Below are positions 6,440 to 14,853 of a stretch of DNA of 18,696 bases, piece by piece. The notes under the pieces are model-generated. The model did no database searches. It was not told the origin of the DNA and saw only the letters and a program-made list of their open reading frames with translations. The position numbers were made by a program, and so were the translations under genes. Position 1 is the first letter of the stretch, and each line of letters opens with the position of its first letter. Origin of the DNA: a virus; the IMG/VR virus record IMGVR_UViG_3300045988_180339, positions 1 through 18,696 of that record, one strand, 5' to 3'.

Positions 6440-6810
6440 GCTCGCCGTTCCGCGCCACGCGGACACGAGGTGCTCATCGCCGCACTTGCAAACGGAAACC
6501 TCTATGTCGCACTCCGCTCCCCGCCTGTCCGAATCGGCCTTCACAGCGACTGCCCAGGCGCGGTTCCCGAAACCGCCCTCTAAAATTACGCGCTCCATGT
6601 TCTGCTCCTTTCATTTCCACCGAAATTATGCCACAATGTAAGCGCTGGAGAAGTCCCGTTTCTCTGCCAGTAGCGTAATTCGGGACAGCGGGCCTTGCGG
6701 CCACCGAGGCGCGGTTTCAGGCTGGGGACTTTGAGCAGACTGCGGGTGACTTCCGAGCAACAAAAGACCTGAAACGGGAAGTCTCGCGACTGAACCGTTT
6801 CAGGTCGATT
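6440..6810 (+). ncRNA. Non-coding region with stable hairpins; candidate packaging RNA (pRNA) and/or late-operon leader
   Basis: No ORF with an SD on either strand across about 370 nt in an otherwise gene-dense genome. Contains the 12-bp hairpin 6766-6806 and the repeated GTTTCAGG motif. A gp16-like ATPase and gp10-like connector are present, and phi29-like motors use a pRNA. Assignment is inferential. Confidence 0.3.
6766..6806 (+). promoter_or_regulatory. Perfect 12-bp hairpin GACCTGAAACGG / CCGTTTCAGGTC (17-nt loop) immediately upstream of the scaffold gene SD
   Basis: Seen directly. GTTTCAGG also occurs at 6714-6721 and can pair with the same CCTGAAAC arm (6769-6776), giving mutually exclusive structures. 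Confidence 0.5.
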
Positions 6811-6827
6811 TAGTTTAGGAGGCAAGA

Positions 6828-7133
6828 ATGGATTTCGACGAGCTGCTCAAGCAGTACGACAACATCCACGACACCGAGGGCATCCCCGGTTTCCGCGAGA
6901 CGCTGGTGTCGTACGGCCAGAGCGTCGGGCAGATCTCCGAGGGAGCCAACGCCCGCATCAGCGAGCTAGAGACCGCTCTGGCTGCAGCGGAGGAGAAGGC
7001 TACGAACCTCGCTGCAAGGAACTACGAGCTTATCATCGCGGCGACCGCCCAGGAAGCGGCGGAGGAGAAGCCGACCGATGAGATCACCGACGAGGACAGG
7101 GACGTGAAGACCCTGTTCGGAAAGAAGGAATAA
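6828..7133 (+). CDS. Head scaffolding protein (101 aa, acidic, coiled-coil-like)
   Basis: SD TTTAGGAGG. Ala/Glu-rich heptad-like segment ISELETALAAAEEKATNLAARNYELIIAATAQEAAEEK. Directly precedes the major capsid gene, as phi29 gp7 does. Confidence 0.6.
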   Translation: MDFDELLKQYDNIHDTEGIPGFRETLVSYGQSVGQISEGANARISELETALAAAEEKATNLAARNYELIIAATAQEAAEEKPTDEITDEDRDVKTLFGKKE

Positions 7134-8597
7134 ATGGGAGATGCAATCCTGCAGGCGGACAACGCCGCAATCATCAACAAGGTGCGCGCCAACGCGAGCC
7201 TCGAATACCAGTCGCGAATCCCCGCGGTAACGCAAGCCAACCTGTCCAAGACGTTCGCCACGCTGCAGGCTTACCCGCTGATGTGGAACGAGTTCATGGA
7301 CGTGCTCATCAACCGAATCGGACTCACGCTGTTCAACCAGAACAGCTTCACGAACCGTCTGAAGCCGCTCAAGTCGGGCGCTATGAACTACGGCGGCATG
7401 ATTCAGGAGATCGGCGCGAACCTGCTGCACGCGGAGTCCTACGACCCGAACGACACCAACGTGTTCGGCGGCGAGAAGGCGGACGTGGAGGTGAACTACC
7501 ACCAGATCAACCGACGCGACAAGTACAAGATGCGCGTGAACAACGACCTTTTGGAGGAGGCGTTCCTGAACGACGGGCAGCTTGCGGAGTTCGTGAACAA
7601 CCTGCTGTCCCTCCCGCAGAAGTCCGACGAGTGGGACGAGTACATCATCATGCGCGGCCTGCTCAAGAAGTACCAGGAAGCGGACGGCTTCTTCAACTAC
7701 CAGGTGCCTGACTTGGGAGCGTCCGCAGACCCCGAGGCCGACGGCAAGAAGATCACCGAGCTGCTCCGAGAGGTGTACCTCGACACCAAGGGCTTCTATA
7801 GAACCAAGTACAACGCGCTCGGCATGCAGGTAGCTCCCGAGGAGCTCATCCTTCTCGGCACGCCGAAGTTCTTCGCGAAGCTCGACGTGAACGTGCTCGC
7901 TGCAGCGTACCACATGGACAAGGCAGACTTCCTGGCAGACCGCACCATCGTGGTCGATGATTTCGAGATGCCCGGCACCCAGTGCATGTTCCTCGACAGC
8001 AACTGGTACAAGTGCATGGACACCAAGCTCAAGACCACGAACATGTACAACCCGTCTGCAGACGAGTGGACTTACTACCTCCACCACTGGGGCGTGTACT
8101 CCGCATCCCGTCAGAGCACGTGCATCCGCTTCTCGACCGATGCCGCGACGGCCGTCATCGGCCAGGCCCGCACGGTAACGGGTATCGCAGCGGCGCTCGA
8201 CCCGACGGTGGCAGGCAACAAAGTGCTCGAACCTGGCGCGGACGTCGCGTTCAAGGTGGCGGTATCCTACTCGGACGGAAGCTCCGACTCCAACGCCTAC
8301 GCTATCATCACGACCGAGGACGCGACCGCGCCGACCAAGCTCCCCGCGAACGTCGTGTACCCCGACACGGGAACCTACGTAGACCGCATGGGCGTGCTGC
8401 ACGTGTCCGACACGGCAGCGTTCAACAACCTGACCGTCACCTGGGTTTCAACCATCGACGCGACCAAGCTCGCGTCCGTGAAGCTCACGGCGGCCGATTC
8501 GGCGGTTGCGGCATCCGACGATTCCGCATCGACGCCGACCAAGGCCAAGGCCGTTTCCCGCGCGAAGGCCGTAAAGGCGGCAACCGAGGAAAAGTAA
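7134..8597 (+). CDS. Major capsid protein (487 aa) with a C-terminal Ig-like (BIG2-type) domain
   Basis: Largest structural ORF, following the scaffold gene. The C-terminal ~150 aa are Thr/Ala/Val-rich beta-sandwich-like (TVTGIAAALDPTVAGNKVLEPGADVAFKVAVSYSDGSSD...), as in phi29 gp8. Ends with a Lys/Ala-rich tail. Confidence 0.75.
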   Translation: MGDAILQADNAAIINKVRANASLEYQSRIPAVTQANLSKTFATLQAYPLMWNEFMDVLINRIGLTLFNQNSFTNRLKPLKSGAMNYGGMIQEIGANLLHAESYDPNDTNVFGGEKADVEVNYHQINRRDKYKMRVNNDLLEEAFLNDGQLAEFVNNLLSLPQKSDEWDEYIIMRGLLKKYQEADGFFNYQVPDLGASADPEADGKKITELLREVYLDTKGFYRTKYNALGMQVAPEELILLGTPKFFAKLDVNVLAAAYHMDKADFLADRTIVVDDFEMPGTQCMFLDSNWYKCMDTKLKTTNMYNPSADEWTYYLHHWGVYSASRQSTCIRFSTDAATAVIGQARTVTGIAAALDPTVAGNKVLEPGADVAFKVAVSYSDGSSDSNAYAIITTEDATAPTKLPANVVYPDTGTYVDRMGVLHVSDTAAFNNLTVTWVSTIDATKLASVKLTAADSAVAASDDSASTPTKAKAVSRAKAVKAATEEK

Positions 8598-10772
8598 ATG
8601 GGAAACCTGCTGAAAAGACTTCGCGGCGAGAACCCCGAGAACCTCAACGAGGACTCGGGGTTCACCCCTTATTCGTGGCCCACCGACTCGAAGGCCACGC
8701 TTTGCCGCGTGCCCTGGGACGCCGAATACCGCAACGTGGTGGACTGGCAAGACCAGCAGCACAAGGACAGCTACTTCTCATCGCTTGAATCAGATTCGTG
8801 CGAGCTCGGGTCGATGACGTACCTAAAGCCGAACGACCCGATCTTCGTGGACGTGCCGTTCTCGAAGGCGTACAGCTACAACTACATCGTCGTGGAGAAC
8901 CCCAAGCTCCCCGTTCCGGGAGAGGTGGAGCCGCGCAAGCTCTACTACTTCGTGACGGCGGTAGGCTACGTCGCGCCGAACACCACCTCGATAGCGGTGC
9001 AGCTCGACGTGTGGACGACTTACGGCGACACCGCCGAGTTCGGGCGCTGCTTCGTGGAGCGAGGGCACGTGGGAATAGCGGCCGAGATGAGCAAGCCGAC
9101 GCCTACGGCGGATAAACTGGGACCAGCTCGTTCGAAGGTGTACCGACGCTACCTCACGGCTGCCGAGGGTTTGGACATCGGCAACGAGTACCTGATCGGG
9201 GACGTTGACGCTTTCAGCATCGCCGACTACGACCATGGGTGGGCGGTGGTCATCATGAGCACCACCGACCTTTTGGCCGATTGGGGCACTCTCAGCAACC
9301 CGTCCATGACAACTGCGGACGGCCAGGTTACGGACGGCCTGATAGGCGGGTGCAACGTCTACTCGCTGTCGACCGCCGATTTCAGGCAGTTCATGAAGAA
9401 CATCCGCAACTATCCCTGGGTTGCGAAGGGAATCATCAGCGTAACGGCGTTTCCGAAGGCGCTTCTAACGGACGGGCCCTCTGTGGACAAGGACGGCGTC
9501 ACCCTGTACTTCCTGGGGACGACGCCCGACAAGGGCTTCTACCGTGAAATCGACGATGTTTGGGAGCGATTATCGAAGTCGATTCCAGATCGTTACCGCA
9601 ACCTGCACAAGCTGCTGTGCTATCCGTACTCGGTCATCGAGCTGAACACCTACAACGGAAGCCCTGTGCTTCTGAAACCCGAGCTGCTCAACACCGACAC
9701 GCTCAGGCTCAGGAACATCTCGTGCGCCGTGCCGGGGCACATCAAAATCGGGTTCTACCCCTGGGCATACGACAGCGAGCGCCTCGTGCTGAACGAGTAC
9801 GGCCTGCCCGTGGTGTCGGCTACGATGGACGACCCGACGGTGAACCTGCCTGTTTCGGGTAACTCGCTCGACTCGTGCGTTTGGATGCAGGAAATGCCGA
9901 AGTTCTCGCTTGTGAACGACAACTACCTCAACTACCTCGCTTCCACCACGCATACCCGCGAATGGCAGTACAACTCGGCCGGATGGCAGCAGGCGAAGTC
10001 GAACGCGAGCGCCCACCTGTCGTATGACCAGGCGCAGCAGCAGATAGCGACGAACCGCGCCAACTGGAACGCATCGACGCGGGGCTTGCTGGGCAACGTG
10101 GCGGGCAACATCGGGAACCTTGCGATGAGCGGTGCGGACGCCCTCGGCATAGGCGGCGCGGTAAGCGGTGCGGCCGACTTCGCGAACGGCGTGCTGGGAA
10201 CGGTATCGGGCGCTATCGGTGCTACGGGCTGGGACAACATGCAGGGCATCGTGAACAACCTCACGGGCCTTACCGAGCTGAACAACAACCAGGCCCTGCA
10301 GGGCAACATCGCCTCGCAGAACCTCGACCTGGCCCAGTGGGCGGCGCAGGGAGACTACGAGAACGCGATCGCCAAGATAAACGCGACCGTGCAGGACGCG
10401 GCGCTCACAGCTCCATCGGTCATCGGCCAAGCAGGCGGCAGCGGGTTCTCGATGTCGAACGGCCTCTTCGTCGTGCAGACTAGGTTCAAGACCATCGACC
10501 AGAACCACATGCACATCATCGGCGAGTATTGGCTAAGGTACGGCTACGCGGTGCGCGAGTTCATGGTGCCGCCAGCCGACCTCTGTTGCATGGAGCACTT
10601 CACCTACTGGAAGATGCTGGAGACGAGCGTGGAGTGCGCGCTCGCCGACGAGACGTCTAAGGAGACCATCAGGGGAATATTCGAGAAGGGCGTCACCGTG
10701 TGGAGGAGCGCCGACGAGATAACCACGTGGGACTTATCGGACAACGACCCGATTTTGGGCGATTACTACTAA
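8598..10772 (+). CDS. Tail knob / distal tube protein (phi29 gp9-like, 724 aa) with a Gly-rich hydrophobic loop
   Basis: Position between the capsid and connector genes, as for phi29 gene 9. Gly-rich segment GLLGNVAGNIGNLAMSGADALGIGGAVSGAADFANGVLGTVSGAIGATG (nt about 10080-10230), like the membrane-active loop of gp9. C-terminal GVTVWRSADEITTW resembles the gp9 end. Confidence 0.6.
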   Translation: MGNLLKRLRGENPENLNEDSGFTPYSWPTDSKATLCRVPWDAEYRNVVDWQDQQHKDSYFSSLESDSCELGSMTYLKPNDPIFVDVPFSKAYSYNYIVVENPKLPVPGEVEPRKLYYFVTAVGYVAPNTTSIAVQLDVWTTYGDTAEFGRCFVERGHVGIAAEMSKPTPTADKLGPARSKVYRRYLTAAEGLDIGNEYLIGDVDAFSIADYDHGWAVVIMSTTDLLADWGTLSNPSMTTADGQVTDGLIGGCNVYSLSTADFRQFMKNIRNYPWVAKGIISVTAFPKALLTDGPSVDKDGVTLYFLGTTPDKGFYREIDDVWERLSKSIPDRYRNLHKLLCYPYSVIELNTYNGSPVLLKPELLNTDTLRLRNISCAVPGHIKIGFYPWAYDSERLVLNEYGLPVVSATMDDPTVNLPVSGNSLDSCVWMQEMPKFSLVNDNYLNYLASTTHTREWQYNSAGWQQAKSNASAHLSYDQAQQQIATNRANWNASTRGLLGNVAGNIGNLAMSGADALGIGGAVSGAADFANGVLGTVSGAIGATGWDNMQGIVNNLTGLTELNNNQALQGNIASQNLDLAQWAAQGDYENAIAKINATVQDAALTAPSVIGQAGGSGFSMSNGLFVVQTRFKTIDQNHMHIIGEYWLRYGYAVREFMVPPADLCCMEHFTYWKMLETSVECALADETSKETIRGIFEKGVTVWRSADEITTWDLSDNDPILGDYY

Positions 10773-10784
10773 GGAGGTGCAGCT

Positions 10785-11822
10785 TTGAGCAAGGCAATCA
10801 AGCAGCGCGAGCTTGTTGACTGGCCTGACGAGATGGACCAGATGTACGGGCGCAACTGGGTGCGAAAGATGTTCACCGCAGCCGAGCGGTTCGACCTGAT
10901 GCAGTACCGCCACTGGCTCTGGTACCTGGAATCGCTGGCAATCGGCGCTTTCAAGTGGAGCAACGTACCCGCTGGAATCGACGCGAGGGCGATCGAGTAC
11001 ATCCTGCTGCACTTCGGGCAGGGAGCTTTGTTCATGGACGAGGGCGGCATGCTGTTCGCGGCCGCAGCTCCCGCCGACAACATCAACATGTACTGGAACC
11101 CGAACAAGATCATGCTGACCGCTCCGAACGGCCAGACGTGGGAGCGCCATTGCGAGAGCTGGGTTATGGCAGACGGCGATGGCGGCCACCGCGTCATGCA
11201 CCGCGACGCCGTCATGTGCTTCGACAACATGCGTCGCTTCCCGCTCTACGCGGACATCAGGAACTACGCAAGGCGTCTCGCGAGAATCGACGCCATCCTC
11301 GACGTGAACCACGGCGCGCAGAGAACGCCGTACATCGTAACCGGCAGCGAGGAGGGGAAGAACTCCCGCCGCGACGTCATCAGAAAGCTGGAGAGCAACG
11401 ACCAGTACATACAGATGAACAGCGAGCTATCGGGCAACTTGGGGATGGTGGACGTGCTGCAGACCGTCGCGCCCTACGTGGCCGACAAGCTGCTGTCGGA
11501 CAAGCAGAAGATTCTCAACGAGGCCGTTACCATGCTTGGAATCGACAACACCAACAACGAGAAGCGCGAGCGCATGATAGACGCCGAGGCGACGTCCAAC
11601 AACGAGCAGATAATGGTCATGCGCAGGAACCGCCTTGAGGAGCGAAGGAAGTTCTGCATCAAGGCGAACACCATCTTCCAAGACCTCGACATGTGGGTCG
11701 AATGGGGCGTTCCGCACGAGCGCACGGACATCGACGCGAAGCCGCTCGGCGGCAAGCAGTCGGAAGACGGCGAATCCAAGCCGAAGGGCGGCAGCGCCCC
11801 GACGGGAGGCGATGAGGAATGA
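10785..11822 (+). CDS. Head-tail connector / portal protein (phi29 gp10-like, 345 aa), TTG start
   Basis: SD AAGGAGGTG 6 nt before TTG 10785. YLESLAIGAFKWSNVPAGIDARAIEYILLHFGQGALFMDE aligns with phi29 gp10 [39 protein letters not shown]. Acidic Gly-rich C-tail. Confidence 0.85.
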   Translation: MSKAIKQRELVDWPDEMDQMYGRNWVRKMFTAAERFDLMQYRHWLWYLESLAIGAFKWSNVPAGIDARAIEYILLHFGQGALFMDEGGMLFAAAAPADNINMYWNPNKIMLTAPNGQTWERHCESWVMADGDGGHRVMHRDAVMCFDNMRRFPLYADIRNYARRLARIDAILDVNHGAQRTPYIVTGSEEGKNSRRDVIRKLESNDQYIQMNSELSGNLGMVDVLQTVAPYVADKLLSDKQKILNEAVTMLGIDNTNNEKRERMIDAEATSNNEQIMVMRRNRLEERRKFCIKANTIFQDLDMWVEWGVPHERTDIDAKPLGGKQSEDGESKPKGGSAPTGGDEE

Positions 11823-12382
11823 TATACACCGACGAGGCACCGACCCTGTACGACGTCGTGAACCTCTACGGAGAGGACTACGCGGGAGCTATGGCCGACT
11901 ACCCTATCTGGGACGAGTCGATGAGGGCATGGCTCAACAACCGCATCTACGAGAAGTTCGCGTTCAGGGAGATAGGCGTTGACACGCCCGCGAAGTTCCT
12001 GTTCTTCCTGCGCCGCCGCATGCACGACATGATGCCGACCGTGAACCCCATGTTCGCGGCGTTGGAGGACGTTGACATCCTGGAAGGATACGAGACGTTC
12101 GACGACGCGTCGGCAGATTCGAAATCGAGCGCCGAGCAGGCCAACCTCTACTCGGCGACGCCGCAGACGCAGCTCTCGAACGCGAAGAACTACGCGACGA
12201 ACCTCACGCAGACGGAGGGCGAGAACATGGGCGAGAGCACGCAGAAGGCGCGCCACTACGGCCGCAGCGGCACCGTCGGCGACATGGTGGGCAACTGGGC
12301 GATGAGCGTGAACAACGCGCTCTACATCGTCTACAATGGCATCGAGCCTTTGTTCAACCAGATATGGAAGGAGGACTTCTAA
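11819..12382 (+). CDS. Structural protein, 187 aa (candidate lower collar / adaptor by position)
   Basis: ATGA overlap with the connector gene. SD GGGAGG upstream. No motif recognised. Confidence 0.5.
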   Translation: MIYTDEAPTLYDVVNLYGEDYAGAMADYPIWDESMRAWLNNRIYEKFAFREIGVDTPAKFLFFLRRRMHDMMPTVNPMFAALEDVDILEGYETFDDASADSKSSAEQANLYSATPQTQLSNAKNYATNLTQTEGENMGESTQKARHYGRSGTVGDMVGNWAMSVNNALYIVYNGIEPLFNQIWKEDF

Positions 12383-12988
12383 ATGGCACTTTGGCAAGAC
12401 AAGTGCAACCGCCTCGACTTCGCGTACAGAGGGTACCAGTACCCCGTGCCGCCGTCATGGAAGTACGCGGTGCGCCTCGAAGACCAGATCCAATGGCTGT
12501 TGCAGGCTATCCTCAAAGCGGCGGACGAGGCTGTGTCGGCAGGCGACCTGATGGACTTCAGAAACGAGATGTACGATTTCATCGACCGCGTGGCGGCGGC
12601 GCTGGAAGAGGAAATCGATGAGTATTCGCAGCGGCGCGCATGGTGCTGCTCGCCAGTGGACGGAGCATTGCGCTCGATGGGCGTGGTCGCCCGCCAAGTC
12701 TACGATGCGGCGCGTCCGCTGGCGATGAGGTACAGGGAGTTCGACGAAATCGGAATGACGTACGACGCGCTCAAGGCAGAGGGCAGGAAGTACAACGACG
12801 TTGACTTCCATAGCAACCTGTACTGGGGCAACGGCAACCTGTTGGCGAACACCACGCCCGCCGAGGCTATTTCAGACCCCGTCGCGGGGGAGCCTGGAGC
12901 GTGGAACCCGACAGGCGGCGGTTACTCGAAGGGAACCACCTACTCGCAGATAAACGAGAACGGGTTCATGTACCGGAAGGAGGCGTGA
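12383..12988 (+). CDS. Structural protein, 201 aa (tail/collar-associated, unknown)
   Basis: Strong SD GGAAGGAGG before ATG 12383. Lies between the connector and fibre genes. Confidence 0.6.
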   Translation: MALWQDKCNRLDFAYRGYQYPVPPSWKYAVRLEDQIQWLLQAILKAADEAVSAGDLMDFRNEMYDFIDRVAAALEEEIDEYSQRRAWCCSPVDGALRSMGVVARQVYDAARPLAMRYREFDEIGMTYDALKAEGRKYNDVDFHSNLYWGNGNLLANTTPAEAISDPVAGEPGAWNPTGGGYSKGTTYSQINENGFMYRKEA

Positions 12989-12989
12989 C

Positions 12990-13967
12990 ATGGCACTTCC
13001 TACTTTCGAGTACGACAGGCGAATCGACATCGTGGACGCGCTGAACGAGCTTTCCACCGCAGCCGATGCGGCCATCGAAGCGGGAGGCGGCTCTAGCAGC
13101 TACGTCCTCCCCGTTGCCGCTGACGCCGTGCTGGGCGGCGTAAAAGGCCAGCGCGTGGAAGAGAAGGACGGCAACGGCAGGATCGTGCAGGTAACGCCCG
13201 ACGGAACCGCCTTCATCGACGCAGCCGACGCGCTGAACCCAGGCGTCGTGCGATCCAAGGAAGGCAATTCGTTCGCCGACACCGATGCAAACATCGCCGT
13301 CAACGCGCACGGCTACATGAAGTGCGACGCTCCCAAGGCCTACGTCGATGCGCAGGTTGCGGGCGTGGAGGCGCACCTGGAAGCGTTCGAGGCGGAGGCC
13401 GTCACGCAGGCCGAGGGGGCGAACGCCATCCAAGCGACTATCGCGCCTACGGAGAGCGCCGGCTCGAAGCTGACAGTCTCGCTCAAGTACGGCACAGGGC
13501 TTGCCGTGCAGAACGGAACCCTCGTGGCAACGGGAGGCGGAGAGGTTACGCAAAAAGTCGTTTCCTTAGCCGCTAATGAAACATTGCCGTTAGGCAATTT
13601 AACGATGCAGGTTGAGCGCAATGGAATTTACTTCGTCACTGTAAGCCAACAGCAAAGATTCGACGCACTGCTGATAAACGCAGTGTTTGCCGTATCATCA
13701 GAATTAGCTGGCCCCGGGTTTAACTTTACATGCCCTAACAGTAACAAAGCTACAAAATGGGTTGTCAACAGCATAGAAGCACCTGATTTAATTAGAACGC
13801 AATTCAAGGTGCCAGTTTTAGGGGGATACGTTCAAAGAGACGTAGAATCGTATACTAATACATACGCCGTCTGCAATGCTTCCGAAACATCGTTATTTAT
13901 CTCTAGTTTCTCAAGCAGCAAAAAATCCTTTTATATGTATCCTCTCACTGTGGTCAGATATCATTAA
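12990..13967 (+). CDS. Receptor-binding tail fibre / appendage protein 1 (325 aa) with a low-GC C-terminal head domain
   Basis: SD GGAAGGAGG. N-terminus (LPTFEYDRRIDIVDALNELSTAADAAIEAGGGSSSYVLPVAADAVLGGVKG) is paralogous to the N-terminus of the next gene and carries a phage-fibre-type repeat (GGVKG...VTPDG). Nucleotides about 13555-13967 drop to ~41% GC. Confidence 0.65.
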   Translation: MALPTFEYDRRIDIVDALNELSTAADAAIEAGGGSSSYVLPVAADAVLGGVKGQRVEEKDGNGRIVQVTPDGTAFIDAADALNPGVVRSKEGNSFADTDANIAVNAHGYMKCDAPKAYVDAQVAGVEAHLEAFEAEAVTQAEGANAIQATIAPTESAGSKLTVSLKYGTGLAVQNGTLVATGGGEVTQKVVSLAANETLPLGNLTMQVERNGIYFVTVSQQQRFDALLINAVFAVSSELAGPGFNFTCPNSNKATKWVVNSIEAPDLIRTQFKVPVLGGYVQRDVESYTNTYAVCNASETSLFISSFSSSKKSFYMYPLTVVRYH

Positions 13968-13977
13968 GGAGTAAACC

Positions 13978-14850
13978 ATGCCAACCAACAACTACAGCCT
14001 TCCCACCATCTCGGGCGAAGAGGTAATCGACATCGTAGGGGACATGAACGCGCTCGCGAACGCGACCGACGCCGCCTTGAAGAAGGTGGAGCAGGGCGGG
14101 CTCGACCAGTACGTTCTCCCCACGGCGACGCGCACCGTAAAGGGCGGCGTCATCGTCGGAGACGGGCTTTCCATCACCCCCGGCGGCGTCCTGTCCGCCG
14201 TCTCGCAGGGCGGGGGCGGCACGGCAACCATGCCCGTAGCAACGTCCGTCACCCTCGGCGGCGTCAAAATCGGCGCTGGAATCACCGTAACGCCCGACGG
14301 AACCATCTCGGTGCCCGCGTCATCGAGCATCGAGGACGGCGCGGTTACGTCCTCGAAGCTTGCGAGCGGAGCGGTGACGGCCGACAAGCTGAGCGCCAGC
14401 GCGGTTACCACGGTCAAAATCGACAACGGCGCGGTGACCGAGGGCAAGATCGCGAACGGGGCCGTCACGTCCTCCAAGCTCTCTAGCGACGTATCGGAGG
14501 ACATCAGCAGCGCCAAGTCGCAGGCGGCGAGCGCTTACCAAGGATGGAGCGGGTCGCCGACACGCGCAGGCTCCTTCTCCTCAGGGCAGGGTACTATCGA
14601 ATGCTGGGGCAAAGTCGTTGTAGTCCATTGCGAGCAAATCACCGTTGCAAGCGCCTCTAAAACTCTTGTCGGAACTGTTTCAGGCGCATATAGGCCTATA
14701 AGCGAAACTACGGGCGTCGTTGGCGCTATCGGCGGTTCTGGAACTGTCAGCGCCTTCATTAAAGTGGAGACGGGCGGCAACATCTACATCAACCCCGGCT
14801 CTGCAGCGGGGCTTAACTGGACTGGCACGCTCGTGTACCTCATCAGCTAA
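13978..14850 (+). CDS. Receptor-binding tail fibre / appendage protein 2 (290 aa) with fibre repeats and a 5x tandem ~11-aa repeat
   Basis: SD AAGGAG. N-terminus YSLPTISGEEVIDIVGDMNALANATDAALKKVEQGGLDQYVLPTATRTVKGGV parallels protein 1. Repeats GGVIVGDGLSITPGGVLS and GGVKIGAGITVTPDGTISV. Then (G)AVTxxK(L/I)xxx five times. The C-terminal ~110 aa are unrelated to protein 1 and lower in GC. Confidence 0.65.
   Translation: MPTNNYSLPTISGEEVIDIVGDMNALANATDAALKKVEQGGLDQYVLPTATRTVKGGVIVGDGLSITPGGVLSAVSQGGGGTATMPVATSVTLGGVKIGAGITVTPDGTISVPASSSIEDGAVTSSKLASGAVTADKLSASAVTTVKIDNGAVTEGKIANGAVTSSKLSSDVSEDISSAKSQAASAYQGWSGSPTRAGSFSSGQGTIECWGKVVVVHCEQITVASASKTLVGTVSGAYRPISETTGVVGAIGGSGTVSAFIKVETGGNIYINPGSAAGLNWTGTLVYLIS
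14335..14490 (+). repeat. Five tandem 30-33-bp coding repeats (GAVTSSKLAS / GAVTADKLSAS / AVTTVKIDNG / AVTEGKIANG / AVTSSKLSSD)
   Basis: Seen directly in the nucleotide sequence (gcggttacg.../gcggtgacg.../gcggttacc.../gcggtgacc.../gccgtcacg...). The period is consistent with a fibrous shaft. Confidence 0.8.
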
Positions 14851-14853
14851 GCC

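Noticed and set aside
6299-6825. ORFs 6299..6598 (-), 6368..6583 (+), 6474..6704 (-) and 6586..6825 (-) in the large intergenic region
   Set aside because: None has an SD. Several span the intrinsic terminator or hairpins. Composition looks non-coding. The region is better explained as regulatory or ncRNA.
6966-8402. 478-aa minus-strand ORF antisense to the major capsid gene, and the similar antisense ORFs 9570..10514 (-) and 11474..12397 (-)
   Set aside because: Same high-GC antisense artefact. Arg/Val/Leu/His-dominated translations. The sense strand encodes recognisable capsid, knob and connector proteins.
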